From NCBI RefSeq assembly GCF_009914755.1, contig NC_060931.1: a DNA stretch of 64,000 nt; one strand, 5' to 3'. The translations under genes and the position numbers were made by a program. Each line of letters starts with the position of its first letter. Position 1 is the first letter of the stretch. Of this stretch, positions 37,341 through 51,045 are shown piece after piece. The stretch comes from the human T2T-CHM13v2.0 reference genome, Homo sapiens. The notes beneath the pieces are model-generated. The model ran no database searches. It worked only from the letters and a program-made list of their open reading frames with translations, and was not told where the DNA came from.

Positions 37341-40139
37341 TCTCATTTTAAGTACTGTGTCAGCATTGGATAAATAAAGGATACAGTTGGTTCAAGCAAA
37401 ATTATGAGTCCGGATTCCATACTTTGCGTTAATTGTACTGTCTGTCTTCTACTATGTAAACAATTGTAGGTAAGCTTACCAGGGAAATGGAAAGGAGGAA
37501 AATGATTAGTAATGGACAATGATTAGTAATGATTTAGCAAGGTAAGGACAAATTAGAAAAATAAAACAGTATTTAGTAGAGTGAACCTGATGATTTTTAA
37601 GTACTGTTGCAATAATATCCTAAATTATGGATAATATAGTTCTATAATACTGCTGAATTTAAAAATATATAACAAAGAGTGAAAGAATGTAAATCCTATT
37701 CAGTGTAATAGTCTCTGGGGATTTTATATGGAAAACGCAATCCAGACAACAATAAAATGTTGTACTCTTCCATGCCTAATAGATGTGTTGAATTCACTAT
37801 GGCTTCCCCAATTTCATGAGGACATGTGGAACATATTGAGTAGCTAAGGCATACATTTAGGGAACATTAAAGGCCTAAGAGCAAGGGGTTTCTAGTGTTG
37901 GAGGCAAATTTAGCCAAACCCATCAGATTTAACTCATGTGAAAGGAAGGCCAGAATGGCAGTTACAATATTTGTTCTGACAATATAATTAGTTACATTAT
38001 TTTTACTAGTTTTGATATGGGTGTTCCCTAATTAACCTTGTTTCAACTGAAGACATTGTAATGTTTTTCCTTTCCACAAAACAAAATCAAAAGCATTTTA
38101 AATACACACAAAAGGACTAAAACTCCACAAAGGTGCATGGGAATTTAATAATAGCAGGATTCCTGAAAATATTTACACCCCAACACTGTTTCTATAATGG
38201 TTCTTCCAGACAAATAGAAAATCCAGAATTTTACACAGCGTATTTGCTCCATATTAAATAACATGTATCTGTATTTTTGGAATATTATTTCTCAGGCAGT
38301 TATGGGATTTGTTAAATAAATCTACATTTGAAATCACTAAGTCTTATTCATAATTCTATAATTTTAAGGAAATATAATTGAAGATTAAGATATTTAAACC
38401 CTTTAGAAGAGTGACTTCATATGCCCCGGTTTTAGGGAAATGGCCTTCCTTCAATATAGTATGGCTCTGAAATGCTGTTTCACCCCTGGATCCCCATACC
38501 CTCCCTGCCACCCTCCCAAACAAACTCAACTTCCCCTTTGACCTCAGCAGACCTAATAGTCTGTTTCTCATTTGTAACTCTTCCTTTACCAAACTTAACA
38601 AGATTTTCTAACAAATCTGCTCACAACAGCTCTCCTCCCACTTCTTGACTGAACAAGGTGGGCAATTCACTAAATTTTCATATACTTCTGGGGATACCTC
38701 CTCAAGAAGATACTGAATTTAAATGCTGGCTTTAGTTGCTAATCCAAAATGGTGATGGCAAAAATACTGTTGTAGCTGTTACATCCCTTGTAATATTCTT
38801 ACAAGTGGCAACACTAAGTGAGAATTGCTTTTGTTTTTACTTTTCTCCTGGATGATGACAATACCAGACACTGGTACCAAGATTACTATACCAAGAAATT
38901 TTTTCTATACGATTCAATAATTATTATTTATGAATATTCAAAGCAAACTCACTTACATTTGAAATTGTCTATGTTATCTAATAATTTCACTGTAAAGAAA
39001 ATGCATAGTCATATCAATTGTATAATTATATGTACATGTATAACACATAGCTGTACATGTTTTAAACATGTAATAATTATACATATACATTTAAATGTAT
39101 GATTCATATGTATATATGCTTATACACACAAATCATATATATATGATTTTGTTGTAAATTTGATAAGAACGTGCCTTAGAGATATAAATTCAGATTATCT
39201 TCAAAGTATAGAGATATGTATTCGCATATTACATATATGAACATAAAATACACATAAATGTTATATAAATACATATGTGTATATGTGTGTGTTTACTTAC
39301 AGGAAGTTTTATCTACAAGAGGTTATGTTTGACTTGCTTATCAAATGTCTGAAGCTTGTGCACGTTTGTGGATTGAGGTAATCCGGGCAGAGATGGATGA
39401 TTTTATGATTCAAATTTTGTTTTAATACTGTAAACTGTGAGATAAATTTCATTAAAATGCTGCTCTTGTTGGTTTTTTCCAATATCTACTTTTATATCAA
39501 TAAAAATATAGCAATTAAAACACAGTAAATTAAGAATTCTATTTAAATTACAGGTTGATTTCTGCTTTCTTTTTCTTCCCAATTTGCATACATTTAAACT
39601 CAGAACATATTTAGGAAGTAAGATTTTTAATGTGGGAATGTATGGGTTGTTTTCGTTGCATGTTACACAGTGAGTGTATAATAAATTGGTTTGTGTTGAT
39701 AAGTTACCACAATTTAAAATTATAGCAATCTAGACCAATCTCACATGTGCTTTAGAATTGCTCTATCTTCTTGCAGACTGCTCTTGGCAGTAACAGGACT
39801 ATTTTTTTTTTCATCGTCAAAAGCTAGGAACATGGACCGTCTCATAAAATAATAAACTGATGTCACATTGTTTTAATGTATTACAGCTCAGGAAAGTTAG
39901 TTAAAATTTTATCTATAATATCTAAGACATGTTTATATAAAGTTAAAGCATATGTAAAAACAAAACAGCAACAACTAAACCGACTATAACAAAATAAATC
40001 TATGTACTGTACCATTGATTATCTGACTAAATAACTAGGAGTCAGAGACACACATGGGCTCAGCCACCTGCTGAGACACTTACTGGATAAGTAACCTTGG
40101 CTGGTCAGCTGTGTTCCTCACGCCCCATGGCAAGAGGTC

Positions 40140-40910
40140 ATTTGAAATAGAACAGTAGAAATCAAAAGAGATGAGGGCATTCAAGACCATCTTAGCAGTG
40201 AATTGACAGAATTTTGTGATTGTCTCAATGTGACAGAATTAGAAAAAAAAAGTTAATGTTCTTTTGGGAGACTGTGGTTATGAGATGGTGATGATATTAA
40301 AGGAGATAGAGAATACATAAGGAAAGCCAGGAAGGAAGAAGTTTCCATCTTAACACAAGTTAATTTTGAAGGGGCTAGGAGATATCTAGGAAGAGATGCC
40401 ACAGTTGGAAATATGATTAGATCTCAGGATAGAGAGAGCAGGTGAAGATGGAGACTAGGATGATTGTCATGTGTCAATTATACATAGGCATAGAATATGA
40501 GGAAAAACAAAAGAATGGATGATATTATTTGGGATATTATTTGGGAATACTTATAGGTAAAAGAACCAAACAGCAAAAACCCAATAAAAACAACTTTTTA
40601 AGATTTTTCCACTCCACTTTTTAAGGCAAAAAATGTGGAATAGGTGAATGACTGAGAGAGGGTAGTCAAGATGTAGAAGAATTAGGAGATGTCATAAAAT
40701 GGAAGGCAGATGGATATTCAAGAAAGATAGCATAGCATGTGAAGAGTTGAAGTAAAGAGATAAAATAATATCTGGAAATATGCTCTGATATTTAATCATT
40801 AGAAGATTATATTTAACCATTGTAGGAAGAGTTTCTGGTACACTGCTGGAAACAAAAACTAGATGGAACAGTTTTTAGGAGTAAATAACAAGAAATTTGA
40901 AGAAAGTGAG
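40140..40910 (-). mobile_element. L2 internal fragment
   Basis: Purine-rich L2 antisense pattern (gaattgacagaattttgtgattg; gagatatctaggaagagatgcc; agagtttctggtacactgctggaaacaaaaactagat). Confidence 0.6.
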
Positions 40911-43644
40911 GTAATACAACATTAATGGTCTAAATAGTCATGTTGTAGATTTATGGCTTCTTTTTTCATCTTTCCCTTTTTTTCTGTTTCATGGGCTTAT
41001 ACATTTTTAAGTAGTAAGCAATAATAAAGTCAAATTGTTTCTAAAATTTTTCAACTTCAAGTATTCATAATTAGAATCTTAATAAATTGACTTTTTACAG
41101 ATTAAACCTCAATTTTCAGCTATATTAAATTAAATATGGAAAATCCAGTATTGACTTATGTTATCTAAGTGGATCTTCTTCCCTCAAACCCTTACAATGC
41201 TGAAATTAAACATTAAGCAATCTTGTATCACTTAAATACTTTCCTGGTTTTTTTCACTGTTCTTATTATCTATTTTTTAATTCTCAACATAAACATTACT
41301 TTTTGTTACTTTGAAAGAGTTTGAAAGAACTATAGTTTCAGGAGAGATAAATTTCACTGTTCTTTGTTAGAATACCAATAAACATAAATACTTACTTCAA
41401 ATGTACTCTTATTATGGGAGAGCAAATAGCTAACACATTTCATTTTCTCTAATGTAAGTATGTATATATTCTTTCAGAATAATAAATATATCCATCATTT
41501 TAGCCCTAAGTTGTATAGTTTTTAAAAGCATAGCCAGATGCTTCTGGGCCAGCCATATGCCTCTAAGTAAAAATTAAGTACTCATGGAGATACATTTGCT
41601 CTCTGGATTTAGTGATATATTGCAACTCCAGCACATTAAAATGGACAAATTTTCCTAAGTGGTTTATTTATACCTTTGGAACAGCATGAACATAAATCAG
41701 AATTGTGCCCAATTGTCATCATTATCATTTTTCCATTTCCTCTATCATGCTTTGTATTGATATCCCACACTGGTATGATCTCACAACTCTGCAAGCTGGA
41801 GGTGAGCTATTAAATACCTTGGCCATTGGTAGACAGAGGTAATACTCTGAAGTATAGAACTCTAAATTTAATGTTTTCTGACTTCATCGTATATCTGAAC
41901 ATGAGGTTTAATGCAAATAGTAAAAAGAAAAATTCAACATAATAATTATGAGTCTACACAGGACCTCTTATAAGCATATTCCATTCTCTATAACTATAAA
42001 AATGAGATCATTACCCAGGATCTTTCTTTCTACTTTAATTATCAATAAATAATGTCATGGTTGTCATGTCTCAACCACACTTGGCAGGGCATAGAGGAGA
42101 ATCTGTATTCTTGAATATTGTTTAGTAGCTTTAACTATAAATGAGGATTACCTTACAATAAAGCAGCATTGTTTTAGAAACAATGTTAGCTTTGTGATTA
42201 ATGAGGTGATGGATGAGGAACATATGACTGTTTCCAGGCTCATTCCAGCATTTTTCTTAACTTCAACCTCAGCCAAAACTGTCAGTACTAATGACAAGAT
42301 GACCAGATAATGTTTCACCTGTGAGTGGGGATCTTGACTGCAATTTAAAATTTCCAAAACTTCCACAAGGTACAGCTCTTATGTAAAGCCAAGATTTTTT
42401 TTTAATCTTCCAAAAAGCTTAAAAACAAATGGGATTGCAAATCTCTGAGGAGGAAAGAAACAATTCAGATTTCACTCTTGGAAGTCTTAGAAGTATAGGC
42501 TGATTAGCAAGGTGACTGTTGCCCAGAGACCAGAGCATGAAAACAAAGAATATTTTTAAGAAGAATCCTAACAATAGATATGAGCCTAATATTGAGTGAT
42601 ACAGCCATTCAAAATGCTGAAGCCTATAATTTTTGATGAAAACGTTTTGAAAGGTGTATTAAATTCTATCATCTCATGGTAGACATTAAACTCCTTGAGG
42701 TTAAGGACTATGTGTAAATCAAATGTATAAACTTCACTCTACCTGGTACTCAGTGCTGTGAGTTCCTGTCAACCTTTGGGTTGAAGTTCTGGCTCAGCGA
42801 TAATAATCACAGTGTCATAAAGACTCATGCAATGGTTGATTTTCTAATGAATTCATTGAGTAGAAAGAATAATTGACAAAAATATGTTCAAAAAGCTGAA
42901 TGGAAATGTATTTCTTAAAAGGAAAGATCTTCAGTAAACTCAGATGTATGCAATTAGCAAACTATTTTAACACATTTCCTCATCTTTGAAATGAAAATAT
43001 AGAACTAAATATGGGAAGTCATTTCTAGCACATAGAACAACTCTGGAATCACAGTACTTTAGACCTGAAAGAAACCTCAGATGTCACCCAGCCGCAACTC
43101 TCAACTTTATACATGAAAAGTAAAATGCAGTGTTGCTTTGAGAAAGAACACACAGACGTGCTGTAAAATCACAGAAAGAATTAAACGTCACAGTTAATTT
43201 AAAATTATTTTGATTCAGAAAAACATACTTGTTTGATGTTTTAAGAATATTATGTGATCATATTTTCTGACAATATTTAAAGGAACATTGTTGTGGTAAT
43301 ATTAGCCTATACACTGGCAATACCACTATTTTTACATTATGAATACATTATCAAACCAAAATAGTCTATCGTTTTATGTGAATTTACTCTTTTCTGAATT
43401 ATCCCATCATATTCAATGTGATGGAGTAGCCCTAAAAGTGACTTTTGGCTGCAAAATTAGAACAAAAGCAAGTAGGAAACAAAGCAATAGGAAATCCATT
43501 GTCCTCTTTTTCAGCAGCACAGTGAACTCTTCATGATTGTTGTATGTTTCACCAACATGACCAAAGCTAATTTTCCTCAGTGTAAAATATCAAGAAATAT
43601 CAACAATTCATAAATCTATATTATAAAATATTTAATTAGAAAGG

Positions 43645-46276
43645 TGATCCCAGAGAAATACAAACCACAATCAAAGAATACTATAAACACTTCTACGCAA
43701 ATAAACTAGAAAATCTAGAAGAAATTGATAAATTCCTGGACACATACACCCTCCCAAGACTTAACCAGGAAGAAGTGGAATTCCTGAATAGACCAAAAGC
43801 AAGTTCTGAAATTGAGGCAGTAATTAATACCCTACCAACCAAAAAACGCCTAGGATCAAACTGATTCACAGCTGAATTCTACTAGAGGTACAAAGACGAG
43901 CTGGTACCATTCCATCTAAAACTATCACAAGCAATAGAAGAAAAGGGACTCCTCCTTAACTCATTTTATGAGGCCAGCATCATCCTGATACCAAAACCTG
44001 GCAGAGACACAACAAAAAAAGAAAATTTCAGGCCAATATCCCTGCTGAACATCAATGTGAATATCCTCAATAAAATTCAACACAACTTCATGCAAAAACT
44101 CTCAATAAACTAGGTACTGATGGAATGTATCTCAAAATAATAAGAGCTATTTATGGCAAACCCACAGCCAATATCATACTGAATGGGCAAAAGCTGGAAG
44201 CATTCTCTGTGAAAACCAGTACAAGACAAGGATGACCTCTGTCACCACTCCTATTCAACTTAATATTGGAAGTTCTGGCTAGGGAAATCAGGCAAGAGAA
44301 AGAAATAAATGGTATTCAAATAGGAAGAGACGTCAAATTGTCTGTTTGCAGATGACATGATTGTAAATTTAGAAAACCCTATCATTTCAGCCTAAAATCT
44401 TAAGCTGATAAGCAACTTCAGCAAAGTCTAAGGATACAAAATCAATGTGGAAAAATCACAAGCATTCCTATACACAAATAGTCAATCAGAGAGCTAAATC
44501 AAGAGTGAGCTTCCATTCACAATTGTTACAAAGAGAAGAAAATACCTAGGAATACAATCTACAAGGGATGTGAGGGACCTCTTCAAGGAGAACTACAAAC
44601 CACTGCTCAAGGAAACCAGAGAGGACACAAACAAATGAAAAACATTCCATGCTCATGGATAGGAAGAATCAATATTGTGAAAATGGCTATACTGCCCAAA
44701 GTAATTTACAGATTCAATGCTATCCCCTTCAAGCTACTATTGACTTTCTTCACAGAATTAGAGAAAACTACTTTAAATTTCATATGGAACCAAAAAAGAG
44801 CCCATATAGCCAAGACAATCCTAAGCAAAAACAACAAAGCTGGAGGAATAATGTTACCTGACTTCAAACTATACTACAAGCCTACAGTAACCAAAACAGC
44901 TTGGTACTGGTACCAAAACAGAGATATAGACCAATGGAACAGAACAGAGGCCTCAGAAATAACACCACACATCTACAACCATCTGATCTTTGACAAACCT
45001 GACAAAAGCAATGGGGAAAAGATTCCCTATTTAATAACTGGTGTCGGAAAAACTGGATAGCGATATGCAGAAAACTGAAACTGAACCCCTTCCTTAAACT
45101 TTATACAAAAATTAACTCAAGATGGATTAAAGACTTAAACGTAAAACCCAAAATGATAAAAGACCTAGAATAAAACCTAGGCAACACCATCAAGGACATA
45201 GTCATGGACAAAGACTTCATGACTAATACACCAAAAGCAATGGCAACAAAAGCCAAAATTGACAAGTGGGATCTAATTAAACTAAAGAGCTTCTGCACAG
45301 CAAAAGAAACTGTCATCAGAGTGAACAGACAACCTACAGAATAGGAGAAAATTTTTGCAATCTGTCCATCTGACAAAGGGCTAATATCCAGAATGTACAA
45401 AGAACTTAGACAAATTTACATAAAAAAAACAACCCCATCAACAAGTGGGCGAAGAATATGGACAGACACGTCTCAAAAGAAGACATTTATGTGGCCGACA
45501 AACATGAAAAAAAGCTCATCATCCCTGGTCATTAGAAAAATGCAAATCAAAACCACAATGAGATACCATCTCATGCCAGTTAGAATGGTGATCATTAAAA
45601 AGTCGGGAAACAACAGATGCTGGAGAGGATGTAGAGAAATAGGAACGCATTTACAGTGTTAGTGGGAGTGTAAATTAGTTCATCCATTGTGGAAGACAGC
45701 GTGGCAATTCCTCAAGGATCTAGAACTAGAAATACCTTTTGTCCAAGGAATCCCATTACTGGTTATATACCCAAAGGATTATAAATCATTCTACTATAAA
45801 TACACATGCACACATATGTTATTGCAGTACTATTCACAATAGCAAAGACTTGGAACCAATCCAAATGCCCATCAATGACAGACTGGATAAAGAAAATGTG
45901 GCACATATACACCATGTAATACTATGTAGCCACAAAAAAGGATGAGTTCATGTTCTTTGCAGGGACAGGGATGAAGCTGGAAACCATCATTCTCAGGAAA
46001 CTAACACAGGAACAGAAAACCAAACACCGCATGTTCTCACTCACAAGTGGGAGATGAATAATGAGAATACATGGATGCAGGGAGGGGAACATCACACACT
46101 GGGGCCTGTCGGATGTGGGGGGCTAGAGGGATAGCATTAGGAGAAATACCTAATGTAGATGATGGGTTGATGGGTGCAGCAAACCGCCATGGCATGTGTA
46201 TACCTATGTAACAAATCTGCATGTTCAGCACATGTATCCCAGAACTTAAAGTATAATTTTAAAAAAAAAGAAAAAG
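43645..46276 (+). mobile_element. L1PA7-like LINE-1, 5'-truncated, ORF2 disrupted
   Basis: High similarity to L1 ORF2 (tttgcagatgac, FADD, near 44345; [21 protein letters not shown]). L1PA7-type 3' UTR ggagaaatacctaatgtagatgatgggttgatgggtgcagcaaacc and an A-tail. Multiple stops and frameshifts. Confidence 0.95.
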
Positions 46277-48729
46277 AAGGAATTTAGATTTATTAAATGT
46301 AAATCTTGTCATGCTTTTTCAACTTATTTAGATTTTTTTAAAATGCAACTGAACTAGATGTGATTATGACCCAAAAATGAAACTAAGTAAAATTATTTGA
46401 AAGTAGGATTAAAAGAAGATGGAATGAGCTATAAGTATAAGCAGTTATTTATCCCACATAAGATCTAAACATATTTACTCATTTCTGTGAGCATCAATTT
46501 TCAAACCATAGGGTAGAAATGCTTCCAAATCATGACGTAATAGAGCATCAGCAATGCATTGGAGTTTAATGACCATGGTAAGTGAGATAGATGCTGGGTC
46601 TGGTTTAAATTGGACTCAAGACAAAATTTTTGGATGAGTAAGCGACACACTGTCACTTTAAGTGGAAGCTTATTGATAGATAATATGTACAAAGTGAGAA
46701 TATATTTTGAAGTAGAAATCGAATTTCACTTCAGGAATGGAAGATGAACTTATTATCAAGAATCCTTGCTGCTCGAGTAAGCAGAGGACATTAGAAACGG
46801 ATTGTGGAAACCAAGGTAACAGTTTTCCAAAACAGTATCTAACATTTCAAAGATTTCTGTGAGGTCACTTTAATCCACATATGGATTGTATCATTCTTGA
46901 CATTTTACTGAAAGTAGGGAACTATAACTTTCATGAAAAATTCAGTCTTTGAAGATATTCTTTCCATGGAATGCTTCTTCATGCCCCAGTTTGTGCTTAT
47001 TTTACAAGAAGCTCTAAGTAGGGCAGAACATGGATAAGGGCGGTGGTTGTTTTATTTTCATCTTTCTATGGCACGAAGTAAGTTATTATCTCTGTAACAT
47101 TTTCTTCTCAAAGTTGAGAGAAAAATACAATCTGGGTTTGTGGTGATAATTGTTTCTTTTTTTTCTTTTTCTTTAGTGAATAAGTCTTTCTGTTTAATTT
47201 GCAGTCTCTAAGAGGGCAAGTGCAACAAAAACAGTGAGCCCTTTTCCTTCTATCAGCTTTGAAAGTTGTTCGTTAGATTATGTCGGCTGGACTTTAAAAC
47301 ATTTTGAAACACATCTCCAAATATTATGAAACACGGGTAAAACAAAATAGCTGAAGGTTTGTATCAGTTGAAGGACTTTGCCTGTCACAGAATTTAATTC
47401 AGCCCTCTGAGGCTAATTTTATTATTTTATGGATGAGGAAATGGAGAAACAGAGATGGTTAAATGATATAAATGAAATACCTTGCTTGCTAGTTGATCTA
47501 GAATTTGAATTCTAGCATTCTGAGTCTAGATACCACTTCTTTATGATCATGACCAGCTTATTATCTGAAAATCTACCAATACAAAGTTTCCTAATAATCT
47601 GAGGGTCCTCTTTTTCATTGAATGGCATCAGTTTGGGTACTCAAATTACGTATACACAGAAAAGGAATTAGCCTATCACAGACTATTTATTTTAGAACAT
47701 TCTTTTTTTTTACAAAGAGAACTTCTCAAAATTGCTCTACGTGTTAAGCAAAGTTGAGAATTTTAAGTTAAAGGTATGAATGAAACATTAAAATAAATAT
47801 TGAAGAACAAAAACAATGTATAGAAAGATATACATAAGGAAGGGTCTTTTGGGTGAGTGGTTAGATGTCACTGAAACAGTTAACTAAAATGGGTTATAAA
47901 ATATGTCCCATAGACAGTAACAAATGCTTTCATCAAATACTTGTTACATACACAGTCACTCTGTCTTGGTATATGATCGTATCATGTTTCAAGGTGAAAC
48001 TACATTCAACAAAGCAGCATATAATCGATGTGAATGAATGAGACACTGGTGCAAGGAAATGCGAACAGATTGGCAGCTGCCAATAGAATTTTTAAAAGTT
48101 TCTTAGTTTGCATACATTGAATGAAAAATTCGGCAATTCTTGTGGGCTACCAAATATTTCTGTGCAGCTTGTATCTAAAATACCAATGTGCAGGCAGTTC
48201 ACTGATGTCCACTAAGCCAGTAAAGTAACTTACTGTTTCAGATATCAAATTTGTTACCATTAGTTACCTCTAGAAATATTATAGCCTTGATCACCAGACA
48301 CTCAAAAGTGATTCTTCCTTTCTTTTCTAATTTTGTCATAGCTCTTCTTCAAAATCACTGTTATAAAATTGGTTTCTCATGTATGAAAGCAATACAAGAA
48401 TTAAGTCAATTTTCTAAACAAATCAATAAGTAATCACATAACTCCTGGTGATTCTGATACACAGCCAACATTGATAACCACTTCTATACTGGATATTCGT
48501 TGAATTTTGGGTCACATGGAAAGCAACACTTTTCTTACTTGTAGAGAATCCCTAAGTATGAACAGGTAGAACCACACCTTTCTCCTGTGTATATTGAAGG
48601 GACACATATTCTTCAGAGAAATGTTCCTTTTTGGGTCAGGTATCATCCACTCAGGAGTGTAAAAAAATAAAAGTTGTTTGTGATTATGGTTCAATACTCA
48701 TGGATGACTTTAATACTTATGAGTTAGAT

Positions 48730-48930
48730 ATCGCTGAAGCCTTAATTAGAAAATGGGCATGGAAGAGTGGAGAAAGTCCTGGACTAGAAATTAGAAGAAG
48801 TTGAATTCATGCACTCGACTTGTTGTCTAATTTGATATATGACCTTGAGCAAATTACTTAACCTCATCAACCTTTAACTTGTTTGTCTATGAAACTAAAG
48901 GCTAAAGCTTGGTAATCTCCAAGGGTCTTT
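48730..48930 (+). mobile_element. MIR fragment
   Basis: tgaccttgagcaaattacttaacctc core. Confidence 0.65.
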
Positions 48931-50269
48931 CTTTAAGAAGAAGAACTGTATCAACCAAGAATCACTGAAAATACATTGAAGTACAGGGGAAATGTTTAAC
49001 TGCTTTATCCTTTCCAAACTCACTGTGGGTCAGACTGTAAAGTGATCGCTGAAGCAAACCAGCTAATATACTTTACAAAAACCAGGAGAGTCCAGCATGT
49101 GCTCACAATGTGGCTGTGACTTTCCCATCTGCTGACAGACATCAGATCTTGTCATTAGCACAGTCAATGGGGTGCAAAATCCTGTGGAATTTGCTGAACT
49201 GAATAGAACACTACACATCACGTTGGGAACCTCAGACGCTGGCCATGTCAAGCGTTGTCATCACTGGTCATGTTCCTGTTCTCACTCCAGGGCCAGCCAG
49301 AGAGTCTGTTTTTTGTATTAAAGCCTGTTCAGGTCAGATAAGATCTTAAGCAATTACTTTGATTTATCAAGACTTCTCTTTCATTTTCAAGTTAATGATT
49401 TGGTTTTGTATTGATATTGTATATTGAAAAATATACACCCCAGATAATTAGCTTTATCCTAAATTTAGTGCACTAGAGCCCTAATCGGTCATGCTGTTCA
49501 TCATCTAGGATAGGTATGGGAAACTTAATCTTGTATAGTAACTTTATATACTGTTGTGGAAGATAAACGAGCTAATAAACATTGCACCTGCAGGTGATAC
49601 AGCTCTGACATTCAAGTTAGAAACATGATTGTTCATGCATAGTTTTCATCAAAATAAATACAAATATCTGCATAGACAGTGCAAGGATATATTGTTTTAC
49701 ATAGAAGTTTCTATGTAGAAATTACGGACATTAAATATGATATAATTCGTGTGAAAAAGAGGGGACAACCTAAAATAAGAGATGCTCTCATGTTTGTGAT
49801 AACAGAGTTGAAGGTGACAAAAGTACAATGGGGCAGGGCCAAGAAAGGGAAGAAGCCAATCAAAGTTAAGCAAAATCTAATGGATTGAATACACAGGTGA
49901 TATCAACATCATTCTAAGTCCACAGAAACTTAGAAATGAAAAGATCTTAGAAACAAGACAGGGAAGAAAATAAGTTTCTGAAGGATTAGGTCACTCGCCT
50001 TAAGGTCGTAAGACTAGAACTAGGATCTCCAGACTCCTGAGCCAATGTTCTTTTCACTATCGCCCATAATCACAGTTTTAGATTATGTAAATATTTCCAC
50101 AGTATGTAAATCGTTCAAATTTGAAAGGGATCATCATGGTTTTTTTTCATGGATGAAATGAATGTAATGAAAACAAAGCCGTGATTTGGGTTAACATTTG
50201 TGAATGCAATTTAGTAAAAGTCTCTTAAATAAAAATTGACCTGTTTTCTCACACATCATGCTTTCCATC

Positions 50270-51045
50270 AACCCTGAAGGCCTGCCTTGTGCCAGGGTTG
50301 TGCTAAATGCAAGGGATACAAAACTGAAGAGGACATGGGCTCTGCTCTTTGAGCATTTCCTCCTTAGTAAAGGAGACAGGCATATAAATAGATAGTTGCA
50401 AAAAGATAGGTAGGAGTGGTGATGAGAGCTCAGTAACGGCTAGAATTCAAAGAAAGAACTCGATTAGGAAGGATGTGCCCGTAGGAAGGATTTTAACTTA
50501 TGTTTAGGCAAGTCAAGAGTCAAAGGGTGACTTAAAGCAAAAAAAAGCAACATGAATCTGTTCATTTAGGAAAGTTACTCTGCTTTGTTGTGGCAACAGA
50601 CAAGAGAAACGAGAAGGTGAGACAGCGGGGTAATCAAGTCAAAAGCGGTTACTATAGCCTGAGAAGATGTTGAGCCTGAAATAAAAGGCATAGAAGAATC
50701 TGAGGCAGTAGTTACTTCCGAGATAGGAATACCCATCTCAAGAAGAAATTTAAAAATCACTGTAAATTGCTAGTGCGAGTAATTAAGGATTATCTAGATG
50801 GAGTAAAGAAGCTTCAGTTACGTGGAAGAAACTTTGGGTTTATCAGTAGAGATAAGTTCTGTTAAGGACATCTTCAGGTTGAGAGTCTTATGATTAATGC
50901 AATAATGTTTAGAGTCAGTTGAATGTAACTTCTACAGTTTGCAATGAAGGAGTAAAAATGGGATTGAGTAGCCTTCAGTGCATAGTTGATGGGGTAAAGA
51001 AAAGCACTAAAAGCAAGAAGAATAAAGACAGACTTGGACAACAAC
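50270..51045 (-). mobile_element. L2 fragment
   Basis: tgtgccagggttgtgctaaatgcaagggatacaaaactgaagaggacatgggctctgctc…. Confidence 0.6.

Noticed and set aside
44635-45662. ORFs with clear L1 ORF2 similarity
   Set aside because: Fragments of a 5'-truncated, frameshifted, internally deleted L1PA7, so not a functional gene.
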